A stretch of 64,000 nt of DNA from Nitrospirales bacterium (GTDB lineage: Bacteria; Nitrospirota; Nitrospiria; Nitrospirales; UBA8639), in assembly GCA_965203295.1 (NCBI GenBank), contig CBDBCZ010000012.1, positions 480,001 through 544,000 on the forward strand, given 5' to 3'. Positions 23,501 to 35,789 of the stretch are shown one piece after another (the stretch's first letter is position 1; each line of letters opens with the position of its first letter). A program made the translations under genes and the position numbers. The notes below the pieces were generated by a model. The model was not told the origin of the DNA and made no database searches. It worked only from the letters and a program-made list of their open reading frames with translations.

Positions 23501-26500
23501 AAATACTGGCGAGAATTTCCCAAATTGGATGGTGCCACCCATTTGTACAGCTCTAATAAACAACCTTGGTACAGTAACTCTGAATTTTGAAGCTTAGTCA
23601 GAGTGGTGGGTTATTATTCCATGACTGCAATAGTTTTCTTTCATGCACTCCCCAACTCATGACAGAGTACTGCCAAAGTAACAAGCTCACCTATTTCCAT
23701 ACTGTAAGGCAGCATAACAGCTAGCCCACCAATATACTGAAGCTAACACACGACCATAGCATGTGATTACATAATACTCCCATACGACTACAATTGGATG
23801 TATTATAGTACAAATTAGATTCATCGTATTATTATCTCTGGTCCAGGAGAAATATTGTATATGCAGCAATTCATGTCTCACTTATCACTACTAAGTATGT
23901 ACACTTGTCCTCTGGATTCGTGAAACTGTATTGTACGTACTTGCCACAATTACTATTAGTGTGAAATAAAGTTACCTGTTGCCACTGCTAACAGAAGACT
24001 CACTTGGAGTATTGAAAGATAGAATGCTCGGATGCTCAGCTCAAGACTAGTAAAGTGTCCGACACAGGAATGCTCTGCATTAGCCAACACCCTATACGAA
24101 GAAAAGCTTTAAGTTACATGTAATACTTCAAAAATTGTTATAATACACACTTGTGCAGGCTTCCAAACTACATGTAGCTATATTGTAGATGATATTTGAA
24201 CAGCTTACAGCCATTCTTGGTAAGTCTGACAGATTTATAAATGAAACAAGGAGGCCAACCTGGAAAAGTTTCGGGCATAATACGCCTACAGACTCGTGCT
24301 GTTTTTTTTTATTATTCTTTCTAAGGAGCTGCTCCCTATAAGTTATGTAACCAGAATGACTGTTTAGGAGACATAGTAACACAGAGTTACATGTATTAGC
24401 ACTCCTTGACAGAAAGTTAAACGTGTCACTTTGTCTGCTATATGACATACAGTGGAACCCCTCTATTGTGGACACCTTGGAGACCTGGTGAAGTGTCCTG
24501 TATAGAGAGGTGTCCTTATTTCAAGGGGCATTTTTACATTTAGAAAGCATATTTGGGACACAGCAAAGTGTCCTTAATATAGAGGTGTCCTTATTTCAGG
24601 GGTGTCCTCTAGGAAGGGTTCCACTGTAAATACTTCCAGAGCAGGTAAATCATAACCTTGTGTATATTTCCCCCTTCATGTCATCCCAGTAGTAATAGGA
24701 GTCATCAGGCAGGAAGAACTCATCACCACTGGTGGAGATTACAAGCTTGGGCATAGTCAGCCGCTCCTTGTAGGCTACGTAATTAAAGAAGACAGGTGTT
24801 TACATAGTGTAGATCCACATATTATCATTGCAGAAAAGTCTACGTACTTGATTTAGAAGTGCTACATGTAAGTGTAGATGGTGGCTAGTACAACAGCTAT
24901 GTATTTCATACTAGACTGTAATACAAATCTTAAGAACAGGCTGACATATAATTTTTCTAAAACAGATTGTGGGGAAATTTTATGACAACAATTACTTTCA
25001 GAAAGCCCTCAATCACATAGATCAAAGTTTGTGTACACTGTACTCCTGCAATTACTGAAATAGCTATGCAATTACATTTTGAATGTGTCTAGTCTACAGG
25101 TAGAGAGTGTGCAGAAGTTAATTCGTATATGAATTGTATCATATGCAAATATACATGTACCTCCTAACTACAACATACCAAAAGGATCCACAATACTTGT
25201 TAACTGTGCAGTTTGTGGATCATCCAAATCCCCTGTAACATTTAGCTCATAGTAGTCTTTGAAAGCAAATGTCCAGCCTCCCAGAGAGCGAAAATGGTGG
25301 TGGGCATTCTACAGAACAGCATAGATCAATCGTTACAACTTCCAGGAAACCTACATGTACTGGGAGTGCCATATGTCGGGCTGTCAATATACTTTCACAG
25401 CTATATACATGTAGGATTTTAAACGTTGATATTACTGCTATGCATACACTAAGAGTATTTTAGCTGGTATGTATATCAACAGCCTGCATGACAAAGAAAG
25501 TGTATCTATGGTTGTATCATAGGACAGGTTTTGATTACATAGTAAAACATTGCGGTTTCAGGCGCTGAAAGCAAATCGCATACTTAATTATTATTGCGTA
25601 ATGCCATATATATGTTTGGGTGCTCAAAGCAGTTTGAAATCACATTCTCGCGATCAAAACCCAGCCTACGGAGATAGATCTATGTGCATGTGGTCAAGTC
25701 TGCATGTAAGTTTCCAACCTAAGGTATCCTCACTCTGACTGATCACTGAATAGAAAATATGGACAGTTAAGTTGAAAAGAGAATGGATGGACAGACATGC
25801 ATTTTGGACTTGAAGCTAGAGGACAATCTAGCTGGTAGACAAATTCAGGCACACATCCACTTGTCAAGAGAGTACTAACCTTCACAAAGTTGAGCTCGTC
25901 CATAACAATGGGGACAATTCCAATAACCCTCTTGTCTACAGCACCAGTGGTCCATGTTGTCCAGCCACGCTAGGATCAGAAGAAAAAGGCAGGCTGAAAT
26001 AATTATAACCTCAATGCTATGGCTGGTTAGCTATCACTCTCATGTAATTGGAATGCTAGCTACATATCTTACATACACACACATGGTCAATTTTTAACAG
26101 CCAAGAACAAAGCACCTGGGATATAAACAGTTATAGGGAGCAATGAACAGTGAGACAATGAACAGTGAGACAAAATGCACAAAAATTAAGGTGAAATAAA
26201 TTCAAGGTAAGGCAAAGTAAATAACAAGAAAAAAAGGCATAAATACAAGGGCACAATCATGACTAAAAGTTAAGTGGGATAAAATAAAAATATAAAAATA
26301 TCATAGCTACTGTGTGATATTACAGCAAAATTCTACATAACTCTCTAGGTGCACCTGTAAAACCACATAACTTGCCATGAAATTTAAAGCACAAGGCCAC
26401 TAAACGTAACTTGCATATAATGTACTACTGTTACAGGTTGACTAGAGGAAATAATAAATTGCTGAGTGAGTGCTATTTGTGTAGCTGGGCAAAACACTAA

Positions 26501-29242
26501 TACTTACATGTACATTTACAAAGAAAGCTTATCATCTCTTGAAGAGTTTACAATGTACAACTCATTAGGCAGTCTGGTAACTCTGGTTCTAAAACAGTGT
26601 GTGGGTAGCGTGTCTGCAATAGCTCATTTAGATATTTAGAGGCATTATTGCTCCCACAGATGTGTTTTGTTTGGAAGCTGGAATGATCTCCTGAACACAA
26701 CGAGTTACGATTTTACTATCAAATACCCTAGTGGTCAGCAAATCCAACTGAAGTTGATTACTTAGCACATGTAAAAATGACCATTCATTGTATTGCACAT
26801 AACTGATGCTAACTGTGGCAAAGGGCACTACAGTCTGGACTTAAGGGGTATATAATTATACGCCAACCTTGGATGCTCCAGCAACGACGAACTTGGTAAT
26901 GTTGGCTTGAGGATTCTTTTTCGCAGCGAAATCTGACATTGTATCCAATGCACGAACAGCAGCCTTTAAAACAAAAATAGTCCACAGAATTAGCAGATAT
27001 GTACACAAAATATTGTACGTATATATAGTGTGCGTCTTCTAACAAAGTGCATTAGATTAAGTTTTGAGGTTTTAACTGCACCTTTGTCATTGGAAGCCTG
27101 AGCAGATAGTCTGGCTGATCAGTATGTGACTGAAAGTGGTACCATGTAAATGCGATGATGGCATCTTCAGAGCGGCTTTTCTGTTGAGGATCTTCCTAGA
27201 GTGATTTCATAAGTAGATGTACTATGTGTTATTGCCGCTTTCAAGGGAGTTATTGTTTTAATCATGTCACCAGTGGGGGGAATGATTCTTCTAACAGCCC
27301 CTCTCGGCCCCTTTCACTTGGTAAAACTAACAATGATGAAGGTAGCTTTTTACCTAACCTTCAATAAGCACATGTGCATATACATGTAGCATGCACGCAG
27401 CTTTTTATCTAAGCACATGTGCATATACATGTAGCATGCACGCAGCGTTTTATCTAAGCACATGTGCATATACATGTAGCATGAATGCAGTTGCCACTCT
27501 ACCAGCTGTGGGCTCAAGCAAGTCTCTCTAGTAGGCTCATATGAATAAGAGCTAAGGAGTGAAGTACCTGGCAGTAAGCTAGAACAAGTAACTTTGTAAT
27601 TGTATAGTAGAACCTCTCTATAGGGGTGACAATGTATGTGGCAGCTACTTCCCGATAAAAGGTACCTTGTGGGCCCCAACGTACGTATAGCCTCTATAAT
27701 ACAGACATACAGGAACCCCATCAATCAGGACTCCCGTGCATGTGTAAGTACATGTGCTATGCTACCCCCCTCAACCTGCCCACACAGCCTTGTACTCATG
27801 TAGGTGCATTATTGTCAGACAATGTACATGGGTATGAGGCTAATAAACACAAACACAGTGAAATAAAGCATACAGCTGCTGCAGTAGCCTTACTGCGAAG
27901 ATGATGGGCTCATTAGGAATTTGGAAAAGAGTAGCTGTAACCCTGAGGTGGAGTGACAGATGAATTTCAATGTAACAGAAGAAAAAGTTTACTGGTAAGG
28001 GAAATGGGGGAACACACAATATGGAAAACTGAAGCTTTCCCAACTCCATTGATGACAAAGTAGCTTTGGATGCACACAAAGAAAACTACTACATTTAGTA
28101 GCCAAACTTTAAGGCCAAGTTTCATCTGAATAACAGTGTTTTCCTAACACCCCACTGCAAAAGGCACAGTCAATAACTAGTGCTATGGAGAAAACATTAC
28201 TTATGGTTGATAAATGGATGCATGTACATGCCTTATCTGCAGGAAATAGGGTAGTTCCATGGTCAGAAGACTAGAAATATTCGGTGTTCCAAACTACCAT
28301 CATTTCCCTTGTAATAATACCATGACACAGAAAACCCTATGAGAGTGTGGCTTACGTCCCAGTCGCAAACGCCATCACAGTAGTAAGGAGGCAGTCTGAA
28401 CTTGTAATATCAGGAACACTGCAGTAAAGATAAAAGGGCAATCCAGCCTCAAACCTAGGCATAGATAACGCCATCACTAAAAAAATGTTGGTTTGAGGTC
28501 CTCCGCCTACCCAATTTTTTGATGGCTTGCAAATAAATTTTAACCATCAGCACATGCGCACACATTAAAATATATATAAGTTAATTATCAAACAGTTGGT
28601 CACATGCATGACCGCACTGCTTGTTTTGTGCAGGTACAGTGCAGTAGACTGAGTACGTAGCGTAGGCTTTTTGTCATTTTGCAACACTTTTGTGCCACTT
28701 TCTGCTTTTAATATTATGGTTAAATTAAATTTTTTCCTATCTACCTATACCTTCAATTCTAATCTTCCTCGGACCTCAAACCAAAAATTTTTTTAGTGAT
28801 GGCCTAACATAGCTCTTCTATGCTAGAAACACTTTTAGCTAGTTGCTGGTTTTAGTGATCTGTCTTACCCATCGTGGTTGCTCCCTCCAGTGATGTACAA
28901 GAATGCTGTGTCTGGAAACTGCAATTTGTCAGGGATGTTGATCACCATGTAGTGCCACCAGACAGACTGGCTCACTTTTGCAGCTAGAATCAATAATAGT
29001 AACACATTGTTAATGGCTTACTTACTCAAAGTACTACCGGTAGCCCTTTACTACATACATGATAGCCACGTTTGGGAAGTCATATTAATGAAGTATGATG
29101 TGTAGCCATCTCCTTTGAAAGGGTTGCCCAGATCTTCGTACTGGTACGTTGCATCAGGTTTATTCACGTAGTCGTCCAGTGGAGTAGCTGTAGTTAGAGC
29201 AACTACAACTGCCGCTGTCGCTAGTAGACACCAGTAAGACAT
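20513..29242 (-). CDS. Secreted PqaA / AprA (autocrine proliferation repressor A)-like alpha/beta-hydrolase, 483 aa
   Basis: 15 exons (- strand): 29242-29059, 28983-28869, 28418-28356, 27942-27894, 27195-27082, 26963-26868, 25969-25880, 25308-25179, 24774-24657, 24091-24004, 23293-23255, 22973-22885, 22436-22346, 20833-20768, 20632-20513; 1452 nt, in frame. Signal peptide followed by TPLDDYVNKPD, NMTSQTWL, WWHYM, RSEDAIIAFTW, LRLPMTKAAVRALD, VAGASKRGWTTW (nucleophile elbow), GDEFFLPDD, NAEHS, RRDFRL: hallmark PqaA-family motifs. Confidence 0.88.
21000..21885 (+). mobile_element. Degenerate 5'-truncated LINE (CR1/L2-group) reverse-transcriptase fragment
   Basis: GVPQGLILGPLLFILYANDL, frameshifted (Y)ADDTTL-like motif, W...NKLRLNVKQT. 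The 3' tail caggactctcagggagaccagcctctggctgatgagacattccgtctaaata resembles an L2-type stem-loop end. Confidence 0.75.
21897..22100. mobile_element. Truncated, diverged copy of the non-autonomous element at 51767-52070
   Basis: cccacattacatca...gtaggatata...catatcctacagttctgtacttccttagt...taagtcagatagac aligns by eye to 51770-51972. Confidence 0.8.
24450..24626. mobile_element. Tc1/mariner(pogo)-type MITE
   Basis: TA|cagtggaaccc ... gggttccactg|TA terminal inverted repeats with TA duplication; internal gtgtcct repeats. A related copy lies at 45577-45720. Confidence 0.85.
27365..27484. repeat. 45-bp tandem repeat, ~2.7 copies
   Basis: taagcacatgtgcatatacatgtagcatg at 27365, 27410, 27455. Confidence 0.9.
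28466..28806. mobile_element. MITE with ~35-bp TIRs
   Basis: gccatcactaaaaaaaatgttggtttgaggtcc ... ggacctcaaaccaaaaatttttttagtgatggc. Confidence 0.85.
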
Positions 29243-30263
29243 TGTACCACTCAAACCCTGAAACAGTCCTTGGAGTCAGTTGTCACATGACGGCTCGAGC
29301 AGAGCCCCACCTTTCATTTGAGAGCCCCGCCCATTTACATTCGAGAGTCGACACCAATAGTCAATGGATATGCAATAGAAAAACTACAATTGCTTGAATA
29401 GTACAGCTTGTAAAAAAAAAACAACAACTAAAAAACCGACCACTTCCTTGCTTCGAAGCAGCTATTAAATCTCTCAGCCTATTAAAACTCGCAGTTTCCA
29501 GATAGCTACAGCTATTAAAATACTGCTGACCGTTTTCCAGCCCTTCCCCCTGTATGATTATCAACTCGTAAAGTGAGACGGCCTCCCTAGTGCCAGTGCT
29601 GAAAGCTGGGCGGAGGCCTGGGAACGAGGCTATAGTCAGATTGGATATCCTCTTAAAAAATAACCTCCATGCAGCTTGCTCTGAGAAACATGGCTTGAAT
29701 CATGACAAAAGAATTTTACTGTACATGTACTACCCAAGAAATGGACTGCCAAAATAAAATAGTGCTTAAATTATTCAGAGTCACAATGTGGCAAACAGCA
29801 GACACTGCATGCTTGCTTGACTCGGAGTCCATAGTACATGACGGCTTCGAAATTCCTGCAGTGGGATTCTGATGAGTTCCTCTAGTCTGCCAGTGGCTGT
29901 CTAGGAGTGCATGTCTGGAAAGTGATGCCCATTTACAGTGGGGCATGTGCAACCTTTAATACACTCCATGTTCTCAGCTCGTGGATGTGATAGTTCAGAT
30001 TTGTGCGTAATGGGCTCACCCCTCATGTGAACCTTACGGTCATGAAGAATTTCCATAGCTATCTGCCTATAGGTCAGCAAAATGTCAGCTATCTGTCACC
30101 TAGCTACATATGTAAAAAAAAAGAAGACTGTTACTATGGTAACCACTCTACATGCTACATACACGTATACCGAGTACACTGGTATGTTACAGCATACTGC
30201 TACATATGCACAGTTGTCATTCCAACAATCTCACTATTGTCTCCAGTTGCTGTTTACATTGCA

Positions 30264-32071
30264 ATGGCTTCCATCCTTGGAGACATCAAGTACTACCAAC
30301 CAGCTCCCAGGTCCTGGCACTGTGCTGCTCCCATTGGTGATAGGCTCTACATGTGGTGGGGTGGCCAAACTAAAGACTTTTATGTAAGCAGCAGGAGAAA
30401 ACTGGCATCTGCTATACGACCCCTACCTTGAGGCATGGCAGTAGGAAGCTACCACTGGAGTGCCACCACCTGTGTTCTATGGTGGAGATGAGTGCACGAG
30501 TCACTTCTGTCATATGGAGGAAATGATGGCAAGTCTCGTCTTGGGACTCTTCATCAGCTCAACACTGTTACACTCAACTGGGAGGAGCTTCATCAAAGTA
30601 CGCCTCAGGGTCCCATGACTAAATCAGGTTGTGGACTAGCCTCGTTTCAGGGGGGGAAAGATCGGACTATTTGGTGGATACGGCATCCCCACTGGCCCCA
30701 CCCAGCCTGGATCAACATTCACCAGGAGCACTGCATTCTCAGATGGGAGTGGGTGGACTAACAGGTTCCACCTCTTTGACCTCTAGGAAGGTAATTTAGT
30801 ATGTCATGCAGCACACATGCAGCCATTTCTGTATGTATGCAAGTACGCAGTTCACTGTATACAGTGCAGTAATATAGCATTTAGAATCTTACAATCCCAT
30901 CACTGTCTCCCAATGTTCTTGGTGGCTACCAACTTTTTGATATTATAAACCTGTAGTTATGAGCATACAAACATGAGGTGTGTAATATACATTGTGTAGC
31001 TAATTAAGTACACAGCCTCCACTTTCCCACAATAAGTTTGAACAGCTGAGTATATCATGTGTGTTTATTAGTTTGAGCCTTCAACTATCACCACAGAGAT
31101 AGGGTTAAAATTCAAAAGTTGAAACAAAATAATCATAGAACGGTGGGGTGTGCCTGCCATGTAGTCTGCATCATTTTCTGGGAGAGATTTCCCAGGGTTT
31201 CCTTTGTTGCAGAAAAATACTGATGTACCATATGGAAATTTTAAACTGCTACAATTATATTTATTACATATACTATGTACACAAAATACGTTCCTAATAC
31301 CATACCCTCAGCCAATACTTTGAGTGTGCTAAAGACAGATTGTTTGAGTGAGTGCAGCATTGTGTATGGTCACCTACTGCAGGTGTGTGGTCCACTACTG
31401 GGAGTCGGCCTCCTCCGTGTTCTGACTTGACATTCACAGCCATGGACTCCCACAGAGGTGCTCTATTTGGAGGAAACAACCCTGAACATGGCAAGATGAA
31501 TGGTGTCTACATCATCAATGTACCAACAATGGTATGCTTATGTGTGTGTGGACACATGTATGTTTATTGTACATTGCACAGTTATGATTGTGGTTGGCAC
31601 GATACTGGTGTGTAGAAGTACTCAAGTATTAGGACAGTATACATTCATGCTTATATTGTGAGCTGGATAGATCTAATGTATGCATAGCTAAATATAAATA
31701 TAGTAATGTACCGATAGAGTAAGATTTGTACTGTATGACTCTACCAATGTGAGTTTCCATAAAAAATTAAAGTCGAGCTAGAGAAGCCACAGGAAGTTCA
31801 GTGTATGTTGTGTATGTCTTGTAATAATGTAGTGCCCACAACAATTTAGTGCATGTCACCTTGTTGATTGCTCTCCTCCTCTCAGTACTGGACCAAACTG
31901 GATAAGTCTGGAGGAGGGCCCTGGCCGGCAGTAAGATCATTGCATGCTGCCTGTTGCCTCAACTACGGGGAGGAGCACCCCCAGCAGCTGGTCAGTGGGG
32001 GACGGGATAAGGATGGCAACACTCTCAGTGACCTCTGGGTCCTAGATGTTGAGACAGGGACCTGGAAGGAG
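30264..32071 (+). pseudogene. Kelch-repeat pseudogene (duplicate of exons 1-3 of the gene at 35790)
   Basis: Exon remnants 30264-30790, 31383-31531, 31886-32071 are highly similar to 35790-37668, introns included. Exon 1 has a frameshift (atgtggtggggtggc), deletions and in-frame TAG stops (~30442, ~30784). Confidence 0.88.
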
Positions 32072-32670
32072 GTGAGTGTTCTTACGACAGCAATAGCAAT
32101 GTAATTCAGGTGAACCTGAGTGAGCGCCACATCAGGGTATGGCACATTGGTGTGGTGATAGTCGGCTCACATGAGACGTTGTGACATGTTTGGCCTCTGT
32201 GGGTCCTAAGATCAAAGTGAACTTTGAACTTCTTATTTAATCATGGCTGATATGTATCAAGGCAGGACAGCAGTGGAATCACGGAAGAGGAAAACAATTA
32301 GGACACTAGTGGAAATCTCCCAGAGGCTCCCACACTGATATCATATATTGGTAGCTTGAAAGTTTGGTGGGGAATAAAATATGCAGATTGTTCTCTGTAT
32401 ACTAGGTGGTTGTTGACTTAGAGCTAGTGAACTATGTCAATGATATTAGAAAAATAATTTCAGAATGGGCCTACGAATTTGTTGGAGGAAATAAAGTGTG
32501 GTTTTCCCCAGAAAACTGGGGTGTGGCGAATAATTAGAGGGGCGAATAATTAGAAATTGTACATGCAGTATCTGAATTTGCAAATATTCTAGCCTATTAG
32601 AAGTTTCCTCCCACAGCTTGTGCTTTGCATGCCACCATCATATTATGCAGGTGTTTTAAAATCATGATAG

Positions 32671-32820
32671 GTGACTAAAGATGCTGCTGACACATTCAAT
32701 TCTGGAAAGAGACGAATCCCTCACTGTGATTTGATGCTTCATTGGACTAAGGATGAGAGGCCAACTGTTGCACTGCAGCATAGAATTGACATTCACGGTG
32801 CATCTAAGGGCTGGTCATGA
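32671..32820 (+). pseudogene. Orphan UPA-like exon remnant
   Basis: After tag|: VTKDAADTFNSGKRRIPHCDLMLHWTKDERPTVALQHRIDIHGASKGWS*. The pattern resembles exon 41654-41819 (IKKWRVDHFSSGQHLPECELSL...FEHDIELQGT) but is much more diverged than the Kelch duplicate. Confidence 0.5.
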
Positions 32821-33691
32821 TGCACTAAATTAATTTATAACAAACACACAGAAGTACCCAGGACAGTTTCCAGTAGACTCCCTTTACTGGCTGGTACATT
32901 GCAGAAAGGTTGGCCTATAAGCAATAAAATTATACAGAATATCAATTTTGTGTGGGCAATATAAAAACTTTTTGTGCGGTCGAATTCTGTACTCATAAGC
33001 CAGTATTGGAAATGAAGACAAGGAATTTGGCTGAGTGTACGCAGTCAAGTGCATAATATGGATGTGGGCCTTGCATGTCCAGTGATCACTGCGTTAAGTT
33101 TTTGATCCACTGAAGCAATCAAAAGCAAGGTACATCATGGCTGGACAGACTATACTGTACTGTAATGACTTACAGCAGCCCTCTCTGGTACATGCTTTGA
33201 AGTTTGCCAGCTTTGCAGATTAATTTGGAGCCCTAGCTGTACTAACAATGATTATAAGCTGAAGCTTCGCAGTGCTCATAAGCTCCTGGTTACTTCAATG
33301 TACTTGTAAGGATGTATGCTTGGGAAATAGTTGTATGTGCGATAGCAGCCCAAAGACCTGGGAATATGTCCATCGAAGAGCTTCACCTTATCATTCTATC
33401 AAAAACGGGAATTTTCATGTTGTTTTCTTTGGGGGGTCAAATAAATGATTACAGCCAAAAATCATTAGCAAATTGCTAATTATTGTGTTTCCGCATTGTT
33501 GGTCAAGAATGTGAAAGAAGTTAACTTGTAATAACATCCATGCATGTGGTTTGTAGCTACGTAATGCATTGGGCTGTGATGTGTAGGTATATAGTCTGTA
33601 AACCCACTGCGGTGCAAGTTATAGCTTGTTCCCTTTGTTTTTGTGGAAGTGCATCCCTACATGAAAGTTTTTGCACTTATTGGTAAAGTGC

Positions 33692-34020
33692 TTTTTTAAT
33701 AAATTATGTTTTATTCACTGCTGCAAAGCAGTGAATAAAACATAATTCAGTATCAATTCGAGACTGCCAACTCCATTAAAGTAGTAAGCTCAAGCTACGG
33801 TTTTACCAGCTCACCTTTCCAGTCATGGGAGCAAAGAGAGGGTTCTGCATCTTCATGGCTTTTTTTAATAAATTATGTTTTATTCACTGCTGCAAAGCTA
33901 TGGTTCAGTATCAATTCGAGACTGCCAACTCCATTAAAGTAGTAAGCTCAAGCTACAGTTTTACCAGCTCACCTTTCCAGTCATGGGAGCAAAGAGAGGG
34001 TTCTGCATCTTCATGGCCTC
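33692..34020. repeat. ~168-bp direct duplication with a local inverted segment
   Basis: ttttttaataaattatgttttattcactgctgcaaagc...gggttctgcatcttcatggc occurs twice. The first copy has the inverted arm agtgaataaaacataatt. Confidence 0.85.
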
Positions 34021-34744
34021 GAGGGTGACTACTGAGTCTCCTGGCTCATGCACAGGTAATAGCTAGATGTTAGCAGCACCAGAAAACCACTTTTCTCTCC
34101 ACTTAGATACTATTGCAAACACGACACTGGAAGTCCTGCTGGGCTTTTGAGAGCCCAACACTTCTCCTTACTAAGTCACTCTCTAGTTATGGATTAACAG
34201 TCTAGAATTTAAGTGTTACGTGTACACCAGACTTTTTGCCAGTTGGATGAACGGCACCGCGAAAATTTAAACTCGTGAAAATAACTTCGCGGAAGCCTAA
34301 TTCCTAATTCTTGCGGTGCCGTTCATTCCAGCTAGCCCGGTGTGTCGCTGCTCAGCTGTAGCATTAGGCAAGCGGCTGGCCCTCCCTTCTCCTCCAGCTG
34401 TTGATCTCAGCCTCAGTTCAGGTGAATTGGCTCAGTGTGGATAGTTGGTTGAGTGGAGAAAAAAAAAATCAGTAGCAGTCTCATCAGCTAACTAACCATA
34501 GACTGGAATTATTCTCACAATTTTACCTAATATGCTGGCATAATTCCCCTATGTACATGTCAGGCCACACCTAAAATTATGCTAGTATAATGTGGACAAG
34601 CCTGGGAACGAGGCTAGTCCGATTGGATATCCTCTTGTGAAATAACTTCTATGCAGCTTAAAATTCTGAGGAGCATGGCTTGTATCATGACAAAAGAATT
34701 TGACTGCACTACTCAAGAAATGGACTTTCCATAGCTATGTATAT

Positions 34745-35570
34745 CACTGCAAAAAAAACGTTAGGGTTGTTTTGACCAAGCTTGCATGGTTACCTCAGTT
34801 GCAATCCAAAGTTAAGGTCACCACATATTTCAGAAAGCTAGCCTGCTGTTACAGTAGTAACATGAATAGTTTCCCATATATATATATAACAAAGACCTCT
34901 TACTATAGAGCGGTTGCAACTACGTCACGGTTATGACGTCACGTGAACTTCCGTGTGGCAAAAGAATAACAGTGGTTCAATGGCAGCTGAACGGAAGTTG
35001 CTGCTGTAAGCGCGGTGTAGGTGGCTGATTTGTTGAGTTTATCCAGCATAGTAACTTCGCCATAGTACTAATTGACATACTAAAAGCGTAAGTTGCTATT
35101 TGCTTGCGTTTCAAAGATCACTGTAGAACCTACCACTCTTGCCACACGGAAGTGCTTAGTGCACGGAAAATAACGTTTAGTGCACGGAAAGGGTTGCAGT
35201 GTTTTACGGTCGTGACGTCACCTGCAACCGCTCTATTCCTGCAACTGTAAATGTAAGTGGTGAGTGAACCACTTGCTTGTAGCCTTGTATCCTTCACTTA
35301 TCACACAATGGTATAAGTGAAGGATACAAGTGGTCTTTGCTACATAGAAAACTACATATTAGGAATTATGTTTCCCATAGCTGGCTTCCAAACTGAAACT
35401 ATGTAGCCTAACTTATAGGATTCCTGTGACTGGCTTCCTACTGGGTTATGTATAATAGCCATACAGGCCAACTTTCTGGCTGTGCCTTTATATGGTAAAG
35501 GTGGAATATGAGGTGGATGATCATCCCTCGAATGCAACTGAGGTAACCATTAAAACAACTCTAAGCAGTG
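34745..35570. mobile_element. CACTG-ended (EnSpm/CACTA-like) non-autonomous element containing a nested MITE (34905-35236)
   Basis: at|cactgc...atggttacctcagttgca ... tgcaactgaggtaaccat...gcagtg|at. Inner TIR atagagcggttgca / tgcaaccgctctat. Absent from the paralogous site at ~30060. Confidence 0.7.
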
Positions 35571-35789
35571 ATATATCTGCCAGTGCCTAGGTCAGCAAAA
35601 TGACCGTACACTGGTTGGTACTCTTGTTTCTCATTTAAGAGCTGTCACTTAGCTACGTATTAGAAAGAGAAGTGATTGTTACTATGGTATCCACTATACA
35701 TGCTGCTTACATGTACTAAGTATAGAAAGTAAACTGGGATCAGCAATCTCACTACTTTCACTAGTTGCTGTGTACATTGCAATGGTGCA

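Noticed and set aside
20513..29242. Bacterial contamination or very recent horizontal transfer of pqaA
   Set aside because: 14 spliceosomal introns containing host MITEs and a LINE fragment.
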